This document shows positions 10,497-19,941 of a DNA stretch of 64,000 bases, piece after piece. Each line of letters begins with the position of its first letter. Positions within the stretch are counted from its first letter, which is position 1. Source of the DNA: Gammaproteobacteria bacterium. GTDB taxonomy: Bacteria > Pseudomonadota > Gammaproteobacteria > GCA-001735895. The stretch lies in assembly GCA_050298595.1 (NCBI GenBank), contig JBNKUM010000094.1, positions 32,001 through 96,000 on the forward strand, read 5' to 3'. A program made the position numbers and the translations under genes. The notes under the pieces are model-generated. The model was not told the origin of the DNA, did not search any database, and saw only the letters and a program-made list of their open reading frames with translations.

Positions 10497-10868
10497 CTAG
10501 ATATTCAGCTTATTTTCCTTGCGCGTATAGCCAGCTTGCTTCAAGCGTTCCAGATAGGTTTCCCACTTTTTATCGTAATTCGCGCCTAACTGATAAAGAT
10601 ATTCCCAGCTATAGATTCCGGTATCATGGTTATCATCAAACATCAGGTTGATCGCATAATGGCCAACGGGCTCAAGCTGGGCGATATTCACATCTTCCTT
10701 TCCTAGCTGAAGCACTTCCTGGCCTGGCCCATGCCCCTGTACCTCGGCTGAAGGAGAGTAAACGCGCAGATATTCGGCTGGCAGACTGAATTTTGCGCCA
10801 TCGTTGAATGCGATTTCCAGGGTTCGGGAAACCTTGTGGAAGTTGATTTCAGTGGGTTTGATAGTCAT
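10497..10868 (-). CDS. DUF971 / gamma-butyrobetaine hydroxylase-like N-terminal domain protein
   Basis: LPAEYLRVYSPSAEVQGH, VGHYA, FDDNHDTGIYSWEYL; commonly downstream of hslU. Confidence 0.9.
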   Translation of the reverse strand: MTIKPTEINFHKVSRTLEIAFNDGAKFSLPAEYLRVYSPSAEVQGHGPGQEVLQLGKEDVNIAQLEPVGHYAINLMFDDNHDTGIYSWEYLYQLGANYDKKWETYLERLKQAGYTRKENKLNI

Positions 10869-10893
10869 GTCGACATCCTAAGGTAGTGTGCTG

Positions 10894-12240
10894 TTAGAGA
10901 ATATACTGGCTGAGATCTTCGTCTTTCAACAGTTCGCCCAGATGTTCGTTGACATAGTCGGCGTCAATGCTGATGCTCTGACCGGTCATATCCGAAGCTT
11001 CGAAACTGACCTGCTCCAGTAGTCGCTCCATGACGGTATACAGACGGCGTGCCCCGATATTCTCCTGCCTTTCATTCACCTCGAAGGCGACTGAAGCCAA
11101 CCGTTGCAGGCCATCATCGGTAAACTCAAGATTGACTTCTTCGGTTGCCATCAGGGCTGAGTACTGTTCGGTTAATGAGGCATCAGGCTCGCGCAGGATA
11201 CGTACAAAATCTTCTACTGACAGGGCGGATAGTTCGACACGTATCGGCAGACGGCCCTGTAATTCAGGGATAAGATCACTGGGCTTGGAAAGATGAAATG
11301 CCCCCGATGCGATGAACAGGATATGATCGGTTTTGATCATGCCAGACTTGGTTGATACGGTGCAGCCTTCTACCAGAGGTAACAGGTCGCGCTGTACACC
11401 CTCGCGCGAGACATCTGAGCCACTGGTTTCCCCGCGTTTGGCGACCTTGTCGAGTTCGTCGATAAATACGATGCCATTTTGTTCGGCATTTTCCAGTGCG
11501 GCTATTTTTAGTTCATCATGATTAATCAACTTGGCAGCTTCTTCATCGGTGAGGAGTTTAAGCGCATCCTTAACCGGCACCTTGCGGGTTTTGGTTTTAC
11601 CTGATCCCATGTTCTGAAACAGACCCTGCAGCTGACTGGTCATTTCTTCCATGCCGGGAGGTGCCATGATTTCTACACCCACGCTAGGTGCCTGTATATC
11701 AACCTCTATCTCGCGCTCATCCAGTTTGCCTTCGCGCAGCATTTTGCGAAATTTCTGACGTGTATTGCTGGCAGAATCTTCGGCTTCGCTTTGAAAATCA
11801 CTGGGGCGAGGGAGTAGCACATCCAGAATTCTTTCCTCAGCGGCATCTTCGGCTCGATGTCTGACGCGTTCAAGTTCGGTTTCACGCATCATCTTGACCG
11901 AGACATCAACCAGGTCGCGTACGATAGACTCAACATCTCGACCCACATAACCAACTTCCGTGAATTTTGTCGCTTCTACCTTGATGAAGGGGGCGTTCGC
12001 CAGACGTGCAAGACGTCGTGCGATTTCAGTTTTACCCACACCGGTAGGGCCAATCATGAGGATATTCTTCGGTGTAATCTCATTACGTAATTCTTCGCTC
12101 ACCTGTAAACGGCGCCAGCGATTACGCAAAGCAATGGCAACGGCACGTTTGGCGTCGTCCTGTCCAATGATATGTTTATCCAGTTCCTGTGTGATTTCAC
12201 GCGGGGTCATGGGGGCAGTAGTAATCAATTGGTTTTCCAC
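10894..12240 (-). CDS. hslU: ATP-dependent protease ATPase subunit HslU
   Basis: [49 protein letters not shown]. Confidence 0.98.
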   Translation of the reverse strand: MENQLITTAPMTPREITQELDKHIIGQDDAKRAVAIALRNRWRRLQVSEELRNEITPKNILMIGPTGVGKTEIARRLARLANAPFIKVEATKFTEVGYVGRDVESIVRDLVDVSVKMMRETELERVRHRAEDAAEERILDVLLPRPSDFQSEAEDSASNTRQKFRKMLREGKLDEREIEVDIQAPSVGVEIMAPPGMEEMTSQLQGLFQNMGSGKTKTRKVPVKDALKLLTDEEAAKLINHDELKIAALENAEQNGIVFIDELDKVAKRGETSGSDVSREGVQRDLLPLVEGCTVSTKSGMIKTDHILFIASGAFHLSKPSDLIPELQGRLPIRVELSALSVEDFVRILREPDASLTEQYSALMATEEVNLEFTDDGLQRLASVAFEVNERQENIGARRLYTVMERLLEQVSFEASDMTGQSISIDADYVNEHLGELLKDEDLSQYIL

Positions 12241-12242
12241 GT

Positions 12243-12782
12243 TTAAAAGTCTAGCTGTTCAATGGTGCGGTTATGGTTGGTATAGATGCAGATATCAGCG
12301 GCAATCTTGAGCCCGCGCTCGACAACGTCTTTGGCGGGTAAGTCGGTATTATCCAACATGGCCATAGCGGCGGCCTGAGCAAACGGGCCACCCGAACCTA
12401 TCGCCATCAGGTCATTTTCAGGTTCAATGACATCGCCATTACCCGATATGATGAGTGAGGCTTCAGCATCGGCGACGCATAACAGGGCTTCCAGTTTGCG
12501 TAGTACACGATCAGAACGCCAGTCTTTGGCCAGTTCTACTGCAGCGCGTACCAGTTGTCCGCTGTGTTTTTCCAGTTTGCCTTCGAATAATTCGAACAGG
12601 GTAAAGGCATCTGCGGTACCACCAGCGAATCCTGCGATGACCTTGTTTTTGTAAAGGCGGCGCACCTTACGTGCATTGCCTTTCATGACGGTGTTACCGA
12701 ATGTGACCTGCCCATCTCCACCGATGACGACCGAGTTGCCTCGACGTACCGAAAGAATGGTTGTTCCTCTAAATTGTTCCAA
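12243..12782 (-). CDS. hslV: ATP-dependent protease peptidase subunit HslV
   Basis: GTTILSVRR (N-terminal Thr nucleophile), GDGQVT, AIGSGG, DICIYTN; TTG start. Confidence 0.98.
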   Translation of the reverse strand: MEQFRGTTILSVRRGNSVVIGGDGQVTFGNTVMKGNARKVRRLYKNKVIAGFAGGTADAFTLFELFEGKLEKHSGQLVRAAVELAKDWRSDRVLRKLEALLCVADAEASLIISGNGDVIEPENDLMAIGSGGPFAQAAAMAMLDNTDLPAKDVVERGLKIAADICIYTNHNRTIEQLDF

Positions 12783-12832
12783 GACTATACCTGCAAATAT
12801 TTAAGTGGCGATATGTTACATGAATTCAGCGA

Positions 12833-12859
12833 TATTGGGGCTTAAAGCAGGATTTCAAG
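12833..12859 (-). promoter_or_regulatory. Sigma-32 (RpoH) heat-shock promoter of hslVU
   Basis: Minus strand CTTGAA-N13(ATCCTGCTTTAAG)-CCCCAATA matches the RpoH consensus CTTGAA-N13-17-CCCCATNT. hslVU is an established RpoH regulon member. The -35 element overlaps the xerC stop codon. Confidence 0.8.
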
Positions 12860-13769
12860 AACTGCCGCTTCTTTTTTTGGCGCGTGGATGCGCCCTGTCA
12901 TAGACCTGAGCAAGGTGTTGAAAGTCCAGATGCGTATAGATCTGGGTAGTGCTTATATCGGCATGCCCCAGTAATTCCTGTACTGCGCGTAAATCTGCGC
13001 TGGATTCTAACAGGTGAGTGGCGAATGAATGGCGCAACATATGTGGTGATAAATGCATGCCCAGAGATTGTTTTATGGTGAGCTGGTTAAGGCGTTGCTG
13101 TATGGAGCGGTGCGACAGACGCTGCCCACGACTACTGATAAATAATGCGGGTTCATCGGCTTGCTGTTTTAGCAACAGAGCGCGATTCTTGAGCCATTTT
13201 TGCAGTGCATGTACGGCTTTTTTTCCTATCGGTAAATAGCGAGTTTTATTGCCTTTACCCGTGACAATCATCTGGCGTTGCGTAAGGTCGATATCCTGTA
13301 GATTGAGCGAGGCTAGTTCAGCCAGGCGCAAACCTGAAGAGTAAATCAGTTCAAATATGGCCAGGTCGCGAGTGGTGAGCGTACTGTCCTCAGGGACGGC
13401 TTTAAGCAACTGGTCGAGTTGTTCACTATCGCAGGTTTTAGGCAGTTTTTTCTGAGTTTTCGGGGCTTTCACATCCAGTGCAGGATTGTTGCTGACCAGC
13501 TTTTGACGAATCAGGTATTTATAAAAACTCCGAATCGAAGATAGTTCGCGCTGTATGGTATTGCCTTTTTTGCCACTACGAAAGCGCCAGGCAGCAAAAC
13601 TGGAAACTAGTGGGTAATCCACATCCTGCCATTGATGGATATGTTTTGACTCAATGAAGTCCTGAAACAGGTTGAGGTCGCGTTGGTAGTTCAGACAGGT
13701 ATGAGGCGAATAGTATTTCTCGCTTTTGAGCATTTGCAGGAAATTCTGTAAATGCGTGGTAAAAGTCAT
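12855..13769 (-). CDS. xerC: Tyrosine recombinase XerC
   Basis: YSSGLRLAEL, GKGNKTR, HMLRHSFATH, QELLGH..STTQIYTH; dapF-DUF484-xerC synteny. Confidence 0.95.
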   Translation of the reverse strand: MTFTTHLQNFLQMLKSEKYYSPHTCLNYQRDLNLFQDFIESKHIHQWQDVDYPLVSSFAAWRFRSGKKGNTIQRELSSIRSFYKYLIRQKLVSNNPALDVKAPKTQKKLPKTCDSEQLDQLLKAVPEDSTLTTRDLAIFELIYSSGLRLAELASLNLQDIDLTQRQMIVTGKGNKTRYLPIGKKAVHALQKWLKNRALLLKQQADEPALFISSRGQRLSHRSIQQRLNQLTIKQSLGMHLSPHMLRHSFATHLLESSADLRAVQELLGHADISTTQIYTHLDFQHLAQVYDRAHPRAKKRSGSS

Positions 13770-13781
13770 ATCAGTAGCGTT

Positions 13782-14483
13782 CTAATTGAGAAGGTGCTTC
13801 AATTTACTACTCACCAGGTCGCCCAACTGGGTCAGGAAAATAGTACCCATGTCACTGCTAAAGCGATCTTGCGTCTTACTGCCAAGCGCGAGCAGGCCGA
13901 TTTCATCGGTATGGTAGAGAGGAATAAGCACGCTGGAGGTGAGCTGAATGTCCTCTCCAAATATCAGGGTGCGCAGCTCCTGATCGAGCGGAGTGAATTC
14001 AGGTTTACGCGCTTTCATCCATTGCTGGATTTGTGCAGCCTGTTTATGTTCAGGATCAAGTACATGGTTTTCCAGGCCTTTTAGCTGGCCCCTCAGGGTG
14101 TCTGAGAAAAAGAAACTCACATAGTCGGTATAGAAGAAGGTCTGTATCTGGTCGCGAATCATAGCGATGATGTCATGCAGATTATGGCCGCTCATCAGTT
14201 CCAGCGACAGACGGTGGAAGCGATGACTCAGTTCTTCGTTTTCACGCGCTATATGTACCAGTTCAGCGAGTTTATTCCTTAAACCTTTATTTTCATCACG
14301 TAATACCTTGAGCTGACGTTCGACTAGTGATATTGCTGCGCCACTCTGGTGAGTAAAGGTCAGCGCGCTCAGTACTTCGGGATGTCGTTCAAGTAATCCG
14401 GGATTGTTTTTCAGATAATCGATAACTGCGCCTTCCTGAATGGGGTCAGAAGTTAGGGATTCTGCTGAGGTGGGTTTGGTCAT
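13782..14483 (-). CDS. DUF484 family protein (YigA-like)
   Basis: VIDYL..NP, AISLVERQ, GLLALGS..RF..DMGTIFL; between dapF and xerC. Confidence 0.9.
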   Translation of the reverse strand: MTKPTSAESLTSDPIQEGAVIDYLKNNPGLLERHPEVLSALTFTHQSGAAISLVERQLKVLRDENKGLRNKLAELVHIARENEELSHRFHRLSLELMSGHNLHDIIAMIRDQIQTFFYTDYVSFFFSDTLRGQLKGLENHVLDPEHKQAAQIQQWMKARKPEFTPLDQELRTLIFGEDIQLTSSVLIPLYHTDEIGLLALGSKTQDRFSSDMGTIFLTQLGDLVSSKLKHLLN

Positions 14484-15310
14484 ACCGTAATTTCTCCTTG
14501 ATATACCATGGCGGTGCTGCCGGTCATCATAACGGGCTTGCCCTCACCTTGCCAGTCGAGTATTAAGTCGCCGCCGCGTAGAGTGGCAGTTGCATGGGTA
14601 TCGAGTAACCCCAGCATATGTCCTGCCGCCATCGCCGCGCAGGCACCGCTGCCACAGGCCATAGTCTCGCCTGAGCCACGCTCATACACGCGTAGTTTGA
14701 AATGATTGCGGTCAATGATCTGCATAAAACCAACATTCACGCGCTCAGGAAAGTCTGCATGCGATTCCACGGCAGGTCCAATCGTTTCCACGGCGGCAGT
14801 ATCCACATCATCGACCAGCATCACTGCATGCGGATTGCCAATGGACAGGGCGCTCATATGAAGGATCAGTTCATCCAGTTTAACCTGGTAATAGGCTGAA
14901 CGCTTGTCCCTGTTTAAAGGTATTTTTTGGGGTTCAAAATTCGGTATGCCCATATTTACCTGCACCCTTTCATTATCTATAACCTCAAGTACTAACAGGC
15001 CATTATTGGTTTCAACTGGAATAGTGCTTGCATCGGTAAGGCCTTTTTCGCGTACGAAGCGGGCAAAACAGCGCGCGCCGTTGCCACATTGTGCAACCTC
15101 ATCACCATCTGCGTTGAAAATACGATATTTGAACATGGCTGTGTCAGATTCCGGCCGTTCAACCAGTAACAGTTGGTCAAAGCCAATACCAAAGTGGCGG
15201 TTAGCCCAGCCTGCGATCATTTCAGCCGTGAGTGAGACAGACTGATTGATGCCATCAATCACCATGAAATCGTTACCAAGGCCGTGCATTTTGCTGAACT
15301 GGATAGTCAT
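14480..15310 (-). CDS. dapF: Diaminopimelate epimerase
   Basis: KMHGLGNDF, QCGNGARC, GNPH, ERGSGETMACGSGACA. Confidence 0.98.
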   Translation of the reverse strand: MTIQFSKMHGLGNDFMVIDGINQSVSLTAEMIAGWANRHFGIGFDQLLLVERPESDTAMFKYRIFNADGDEVAQCGNGARCFARFVREKGLTDASTIPVETNNGLLVLEVIDNERVQVNMGIPNFEPQKIPLNRDKRSAYYQVKLDELILHMSALSIGNPHAVMLVDDVDTAAVETIGPAVESHADFPERVNVGFMQIIDRNHFKLRVYERGSGETMACGSGACAAMAAGHMLGLLDTHATATLRGGDLILDWQGEGKPVMMTGSTAMVYQGEITV

Positions 15311-15312
15311 CG

Positions 15313-16563
15313 TTATTCAGGCAGTAATGCTTCGCCACGAATCAGATCGGCGAAAGTTTCACGCGCACGTACCAGATGATGGCTGCTGCCATCCACCATC
15401 ACTTCGGCGGCTCGCATGCGCGAGTTATAATTAGAGCTCATACTAAAGCCGTAGGCTCCTGATGAACGAACTGCCAGCAGATCGCCTTGCTGAATTGATA
15501 GCTCGCGATTCTTGCCCAGAAAGTCACCAGTTTCGCAGATTGGACCAACCACGTCATAGATGGCAGCCTGCGCACTGGATTGCTGCTTCACAGGGATAAT
15601 GTTTTGCCAGGCGCTATACAGGGAGGGGCGAATCAGGTCATTCATAGCGGCATCAACCACGGCAAAGTTCTTTTGCTCGTTATTTTTCACTACTTTTACC
15701 CGGGTTAGCAGGATACCGGCGTTAGCAGCTATTGCGCGACCGGGTTCAATGATGATCTCACCATCAAAACTACTTAATCGCGTACTCAGCGCACTTGCCC
15801 AGTCTGCGGGTAAGGGAGGGGTCTCGTCTTTATAACGCACACCCAGGCCACCACCCAGATCCAGATGTTTGATCTGGATGCCTTGAGCAGCGAGTCTTTT
15901 AATCAAATCAAGTAGACGATCCAATGCATCGACAAAGGGTGAGAGCTCGGTTAGCTGTGAACCGATATGGCAATCGATGCCGACGACTTCGAGATGCGGC
16001 TGCTGTTGTGCGTGCAGGTAAATTCGTTCCGCATCATCAATATTGATGCCGAATTTATTCTCTTTCAGACCTGTAGAAATATAAGGATGCGTCTTTGCAT
16101 CAACATCGGGGTTGACGCGAAAAGAGATGTGTGCGGTTTTGCCGAGTCCTCCAGCAACCTGATTAAGGGTCTGTATCTCAGTTTCCGATTCAATATTGAA
16201 ACAGCGTATTCCAGCCTCCAGTGCGAGAACCATTTCCTGCGCTTGCTTGCCTACGCCTGAGAATATGATTTTTGCAGGATCTCCTCCGGCTTTAAGTACA
16301 CGCTGTAGTTCACCGCCAGAAACGATGTCAAATCCACTTCCAAGGCGTGCGAGCACATTCAATACCGCAAGATTGGAGTTGGCCTTCACGGCATAGCAAA
16401 CCAGGTGCGGATGATCCGCCAGAGCCTGCTCAAACGCGTGATAATGCCTTTCTATGGTCGCTCGTGAATACACGTATAACGGTGTTCCATAGTGACTGGC
16501 TAGTTCGCTAAGGCTGACCTGCTCACAGTTCAGCTCGCCATTTTGATATTCAAAGTAATCCAA
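15313..16563 (-). CDS. lysA: Diaminopimelate decarboxylase
   Basis: YAVKANS (PLP lysine), HIGSQ, EPGRAI, GPICETGD, GAYGFSMSSNYN; TTG start. Confidence 0.98.
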   Translation of the reverse strand: MDYFEYQNGELNCEQVSLSELASHYGTPLYVYSRATIERHYHAFEQALADHPHLVCYAVKANSNLAVLNVLARLGSGFDIVSGGELQRVLKAGGDPAKIIFSGVGKQAQEMVLALEAGIRCFNIESETEIQTLNQVAGGLGKTAHISFRVNPDVDAKTHPYISTGLKENKFGINIDDAERIYLHAQQQPHLEVVGIDCHIGSQLTELSPFVDALDRLLDLIKRLAAQGIQIKHLDLGGGLGVRYKDETPPLPADWASALSTRLSSFDGEIIIEPGRAIAANAGILLTRVKVVKNNEQKNFAVVDAAMNDLIRPSLYSAWQNIIPVKQQSSAQAAIYDVVGPICETGDFLGKNRELSIQQGDLLAVRSSGAYGFSMSSNYNSRMRAAEVMVDGSSHHLVRARETFADLIRGEALLPE

Positions 16564-16567
16564 GGTG

Positions 16568-16711
16568 TTATTCCTGATAAGGCTTGTTTTGCTCGGGCAG
16601 GGTCAAAGCGCCCTTTTTGCCGCAACCAGACAATGACATCATCAGCGTTAATACGATGATGATCAATAGCGCTGCTAAGGGTCGGTTTGGCGGGTTCAAT
16701 TGAGAAAACAT
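16568..16711 (-). CDS. lptM: Small lipoprotein of the LptM/YifL/LppL family
   Basis: Hydrophobic signal then LSGCGKKGALTLP (family motif CGxKGxLxLP); conserved position upstream of lysA/dapF. Start placed at ATG 16711. Confidence 0.85.
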   Translation of the reverse strand: MFSQLNPPNRPLAALLIIIVLTLMMSLSGCGKKGALTLPEQNKPYQE

Positions 16712-16828
16712 CCAGAAAAATGAAATGAATATTATGTAAGTCACGTCGATCATACACAAGCTGAATATTCACGGGGCATTCAGCAGGCAGAAGTATACTT
16801 CACACACAATCAATGAAAAGAGGTGATT

Positions 16829-17290
16829 ATGAATCGTAGAACATTATTAAAAAGGTCTCTGGCAGTGAGTGCTGTCGGCATAGCGGCATCAGCAGGCCTG
16901 CTGGCTCCAGGTCAGGTACTGGCAGCTTATCCGAAAACCGCTTTCCAGGCCAAAGATAGCGCAGCCGCATTAAACGACGCGCTAGGTTCCAGCGATGCTA
17001 GTGAATCGGGTGATATCAAAATCAAAGCCCCCGATATCGCAGAAAATGGTGCGGTAGTTCCAGTAACCGTTTCTACTGGTTTATCTGGCGTAGAATCTAT
17101 CACTCTGCTGGCTGATGCCAATGCCACTCCGCTACTGGCTTCTTTTGATCTGAGTAATGCAGAAGCCTATGTTTCAACCCGAATCAAAATGGGTAAGACT
17201 GGTAATGTAATCGCGGTTGTTAAGTCTGCTGGCAAGCTTTATTCGGCTAAAAAAGAAGTCAAAGTGACCATAGGTGGCTGTGGTGGTTAA
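16829..17290 (+). CDS. soxY: Thiosulfate-oxidation carrier protein SoxY
   Basis: Tat signal (MNRRTLLK), PDIAENGAVVPV, TRIKM, C-terminal swinging arm VTIGGCGG. Confidence 0.97.
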   Translation: MNRRTLLKRSLAVSAVGIAASAGLLAPGQVLAAYPKTAFQAKDSAAALNDALGSSDASESGDIKIKAPDIAENGAVVPVTVSTGLSGVESITLLADANATPLLASFDLSNAEAYVSTRIKMGKTGNVIAVVKSAGKLYSAKKEVKVTIGGCGG

Positions 17291-17340
17291 TGCGTGAGCA
17301 CATCACACTTCCACAATCAATAACTTAGAGAGAAAGCATA

Positions 17341-17652
17341 ATGGCAAAATCAATCAAATTAAGAGCAAAAGCGAGTAAAGGTATTGTTACGGTCAAGGCA
17401 CTGATGAACCATCCTATGGAAACCGGTCTGCGAAAAGACAAAAAGACTGGAAAATTGATCCCTGCGCATCATATTCAGGAAGTCATGGCCCAATCGGGCG
17501 ACAGCACGGTAATGACTGCAGTATGGGGCGGTGCAATTTCCAAAAACCCTTATCTGTCTTTCCAGTACAAGGGAGCCAAGGGGGACTCACTGACCCTGTC
17601 ATGGGTTGATAATAAGGGGGGATCTGATTCGGTGAGTACCAAAGTCAGTTAA
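17341..17652 (+). CDS. soxZ: Thiosulfate-oxidation carrier complex protein SoxZ
   Basis: HPMETGLRKD, IPAHHI, ISKNPYLSF, WVDNKG; follows soxY; no signal peptide. Confidence 0.97.
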   Translation: MAKSIKLRAKASKGIVTVKALMNHPMETGLRKDKKTGKLIPAHHIQEVMAQSGDSTVMTAVWGGAISKNPYLSFQYKGAKGDSLTLSWVDNKGGSDSVSTKVS

Positions 17653-17675
17653 TTTCCAGCACTCAGGCAGCAGAT

Positions 17676-17705
17676 AAAAAAGCCTCATTTGAAAGAGGCT
17701 TTTTT
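17676..17705. terminator. Bidirectional intrinsic terminator between soxZ and the ion channel gene
   Basis: AAAAA-AGCCTC-ATTTGAAA-GAGGCT-TTTTT between convergent genes. Confidence 0.8.
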
Positions 17706-17713
17706 GATAAATA

Positions 17714-18673
17714 TTATTTCTGGGCATGGGGGTCCAGTGATTTACCACAATGTGGGCAATGATCCATATGAACTATCCGGTTCTGGCGCATCATGGTATC
17801 TATCAGGTGGATGGCTTCATCTGCTTCCAGCCCAAGATCCTTTCGTAGTTTTTCCAGTTCCCAGCGTTCTTCATCATCTATATGCCCATCTCTGAGAAAG
17901 TGCTGAATAAACAGGTTGTATTTTTGGCGACGCTGGTTGAGGTTTTCGGCAAAGCCGGAGGCCAGTATAGCGGCTGGAAGCGCTACCATACCCACCCCGA
18001 TAAGCCCGACTATACCGGCAAAGAATTTGCCCATGTTGGTGACAGGAACTATATCCCCATAACCCAGCGTGGTTAAGGTGACGATGGCCCACCACATAGA
18101 TTTGGGTATGCTGCCAAAGGCCTCAGGCTGGATTTCATTCTCCAGAAAGTAAATACCGGTGGCAGACAGTACAAGCATCATGAATAGCACGACCACTGCA
18201 GCGAATAAAGTCACGGATTCTTTCTGCAATACATCCAGTAACGCAGTCAGAGCCCTTGAATAACGAGTCAGTTTAAACAGACGCATCATTCTCAGAATAC
18301 GCAGGAAGCGTAAATCTATAACGATATACAGGCTGAGGTAAAATGGCACAATTGATGCCAGGTCAATCAGCGCTATCGGGCTGAGCATATATCTTATGCG
18401 CCCTCTTATCGGTGAGCTGTCATGAGTTTCCTGCAGGTCGATACTACTCCATACTCGCAGCATATATTCAAGGGTAAAAACGATGACTGAAAATACTTCA
18501 AAGGCCCAGAAGGCTGAGTGGTATTGTTGATGAAACTCTGGTTCCGATTCCAGGATAATGGCGATGATGTTAAGCGATATTAATCCAATAAGAAGCAGGT
18601 TGACGGTCTTACCCAACTTTTCATATTTTGGGTTTTGCTCCAATATCTCAGCAACCGATTTTCTCTGGATCAT
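17714..18673 (-). CDS. Voltage-gated potassium channel-type ion transporter
   Basis: Six hydrophobic segments, S4-like LRFLRILRMMRLFKL, pore TLTTLGYGD, C-terminal CPHCG. Confidence 0.9.
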   Translation of the reverse strand: MIQRKSVAEILEQNPKYEKLGKTVNLLLIGLISLNIIAIILESEPEFHQQYHSAFWAFEVFSVIVFTLEYMLRVWSSIDLQETHDSSPIRGRIRYMLSPIALIDLASIVPFYLSLYIVIDLRFLRILRMMRLFKLTRYSRALTALLDVLQKESVTLFAAVVVLFMMLVLSATGIYFLENEIQPEAFGSIPKSMWWAIVTLTTLGYGDIVPVTNMGKFFAGIVGLIGVGMVALPAAILASGFAENLNQRRQKYNLFIQHFLRDGHIDDEERWELEKLRKDLGLEADEAIHLIDTMMRQNRIVHMDHCPHCGKSLDPHAQK

Positions 18674-18815
18674 TCGTAATACCTGTAAATTCTAAAAAAC
18701 CACCATGAGTTTAATTGAAAATAAAAAAAATGTTTGTTTAGCGGTCAGTTTGTATTCAGGGTGCAATATAAGGACGGAAAGGGTAAATTGCTCCTTTTGG
18801 TTATGGGCATAATCT

Positions 18816-19493
18816 ATGGGTGATTCACCTGTTATTATCAACAGCGGAACAGGCTCAGTGCAATACTGTGTCATCTGGTTACATGGACTGGGCGCGGATG
18901 GACATGATTTCGAGCCGATAGTACAGGAGCTCAATCTACCCGCTGATATAGCCATTCGCTTTATATTCCCGCATGCCCCCATGATGCCGGTTACTATCAA
19001 TAACGGTTATGTGATGCGAGCCTGGTATGACATTTTTGCGATGGATATAGGCAGCAGACAGGATGAGGTGGGCGTTCGTCAGTCACAGCTGTATGTCAAG
19101 CAAATGATCGATCAGCAGATTGCAGACGGAATTCCCAGTGAACGTATGGTATTAGCCGGATTTTCACAGGGAGGAGCGATTATTTTGCAAACTGGCCTGC
19201 GGCTGGATAAACCCCTGGCAGGGTTGATGGCCCTGTCTACCTATCTTCCTCTGGTGGATTCATTTGAAGCCGAGAAAACATTACACAATGCACATACCCC
19301 TATCTTTATGGCGCATGGTGATAGTGATCCAGTGGTGAAACCTGAGCTTGCCTATCGAGCGCGAAGTTATCTGGAACGTCAGGGCTATGCCGTGGAATGG
19401 CAGGAGTATGCAGGTATGCAGCATGGTGTTTGTGCACAGGAGATTGATCATATCCGACAATGGCTGTTGAAGGTTTTTAAGGTAGGCGGTTAA
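18816..19493 (+). CDS. Phospholipase/carboxylesterase (alpha/beta hydrolase)
   Basis: WLHGLGADG, MRAWYDI, GFSQGG nucleophile elbow, HGDSDPVV, catalytic His. Confidence 0.93.
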   Translation: MGDSPVIINSGTGSVQYCVIWLHGLGADGHDFEPIVQELNLPADIAIRFIFPHAPMMPVTINNGYVMRAWYDIFAMDIGSRQDEVGVRQSQLYVKQMIDQQIADGIPSERMVLAGFSQGGAIILQTGLRLDKPLAGLMALSTYLPLVDSFEAEKTLHNAHTPIFMAHGDSDPVVKPELAYRARSYLERQGYAVEWQEYAGMQHGVCAQEIDHIRQWLLKVFKVGG

Positions 19494-19503
19494 ACTGCCC
19501 GCT

Positions 19504-19941
19504 ATGAGCGATAAACAACCTCCCCGTTGTCATTCATTTGTTGCGGCCAGCCCGCTGTGGTCACGCGCGCCTGCGAAGGATGAAAATGGCAAGCACTGTG
19601 TCGATTTTATGATGCTGATTCCGGGGCTTAAGCATGCAGATTCCAGAACTGTTGAGAGTTATATGTTCAGGATTCAAAATTGTTTGTCCGAATTTGGATC
19701 ACTGGTGGTTTATCTGGATCTGAATATCAGGCTTAGCCTGCTATGGGTGAGTGCCAAAAGTGTTCCGGGAATTTCAAGGTATATGGTTGAAGCGATCATT
19801 CGAGAGATTCCGCATGCAAAAGTCATTGCAGGGGACTTTAATCCTGAGAACTTCGTTGACCGAAAACACCCACCGTTGTTAAGCATCGGGCGCAAGGTGA
19901 TGACTCACCTGCGCCTGGTTGCGAAATTACCCGTTGATTAG
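19504..19941 (+). CDS. Conserved hypothetical protein
   Basis: 145 aa ORF co-oriented with the esterase; motifs [20 protein letters not shown] and [12 protein letters not shown]; overlaps the argH 3' end by 15 nt. Confidence 0.75.
   Translation: MSDKQPPRCHSFVAASPLWSRAPAKDENGKHCVDFMMLIPGLKHADSRTVESYMFRIQNCLSEFGSLVVYLDLNIRLSLLWVSAKSVPGISRYMVEAIIREIPHAKVIAGDFNPENFVDRKHPPLLSIGRKVMTHLRLVAKLPVD

Noticed and set aside
12855-13769. Tyrosine recombinase as a possible integrase or pilin invertase
   Set aside because: It sits in the canonical dapF-DUF484-xerC operon with XerC motifs; no att sites or cargo nearby.
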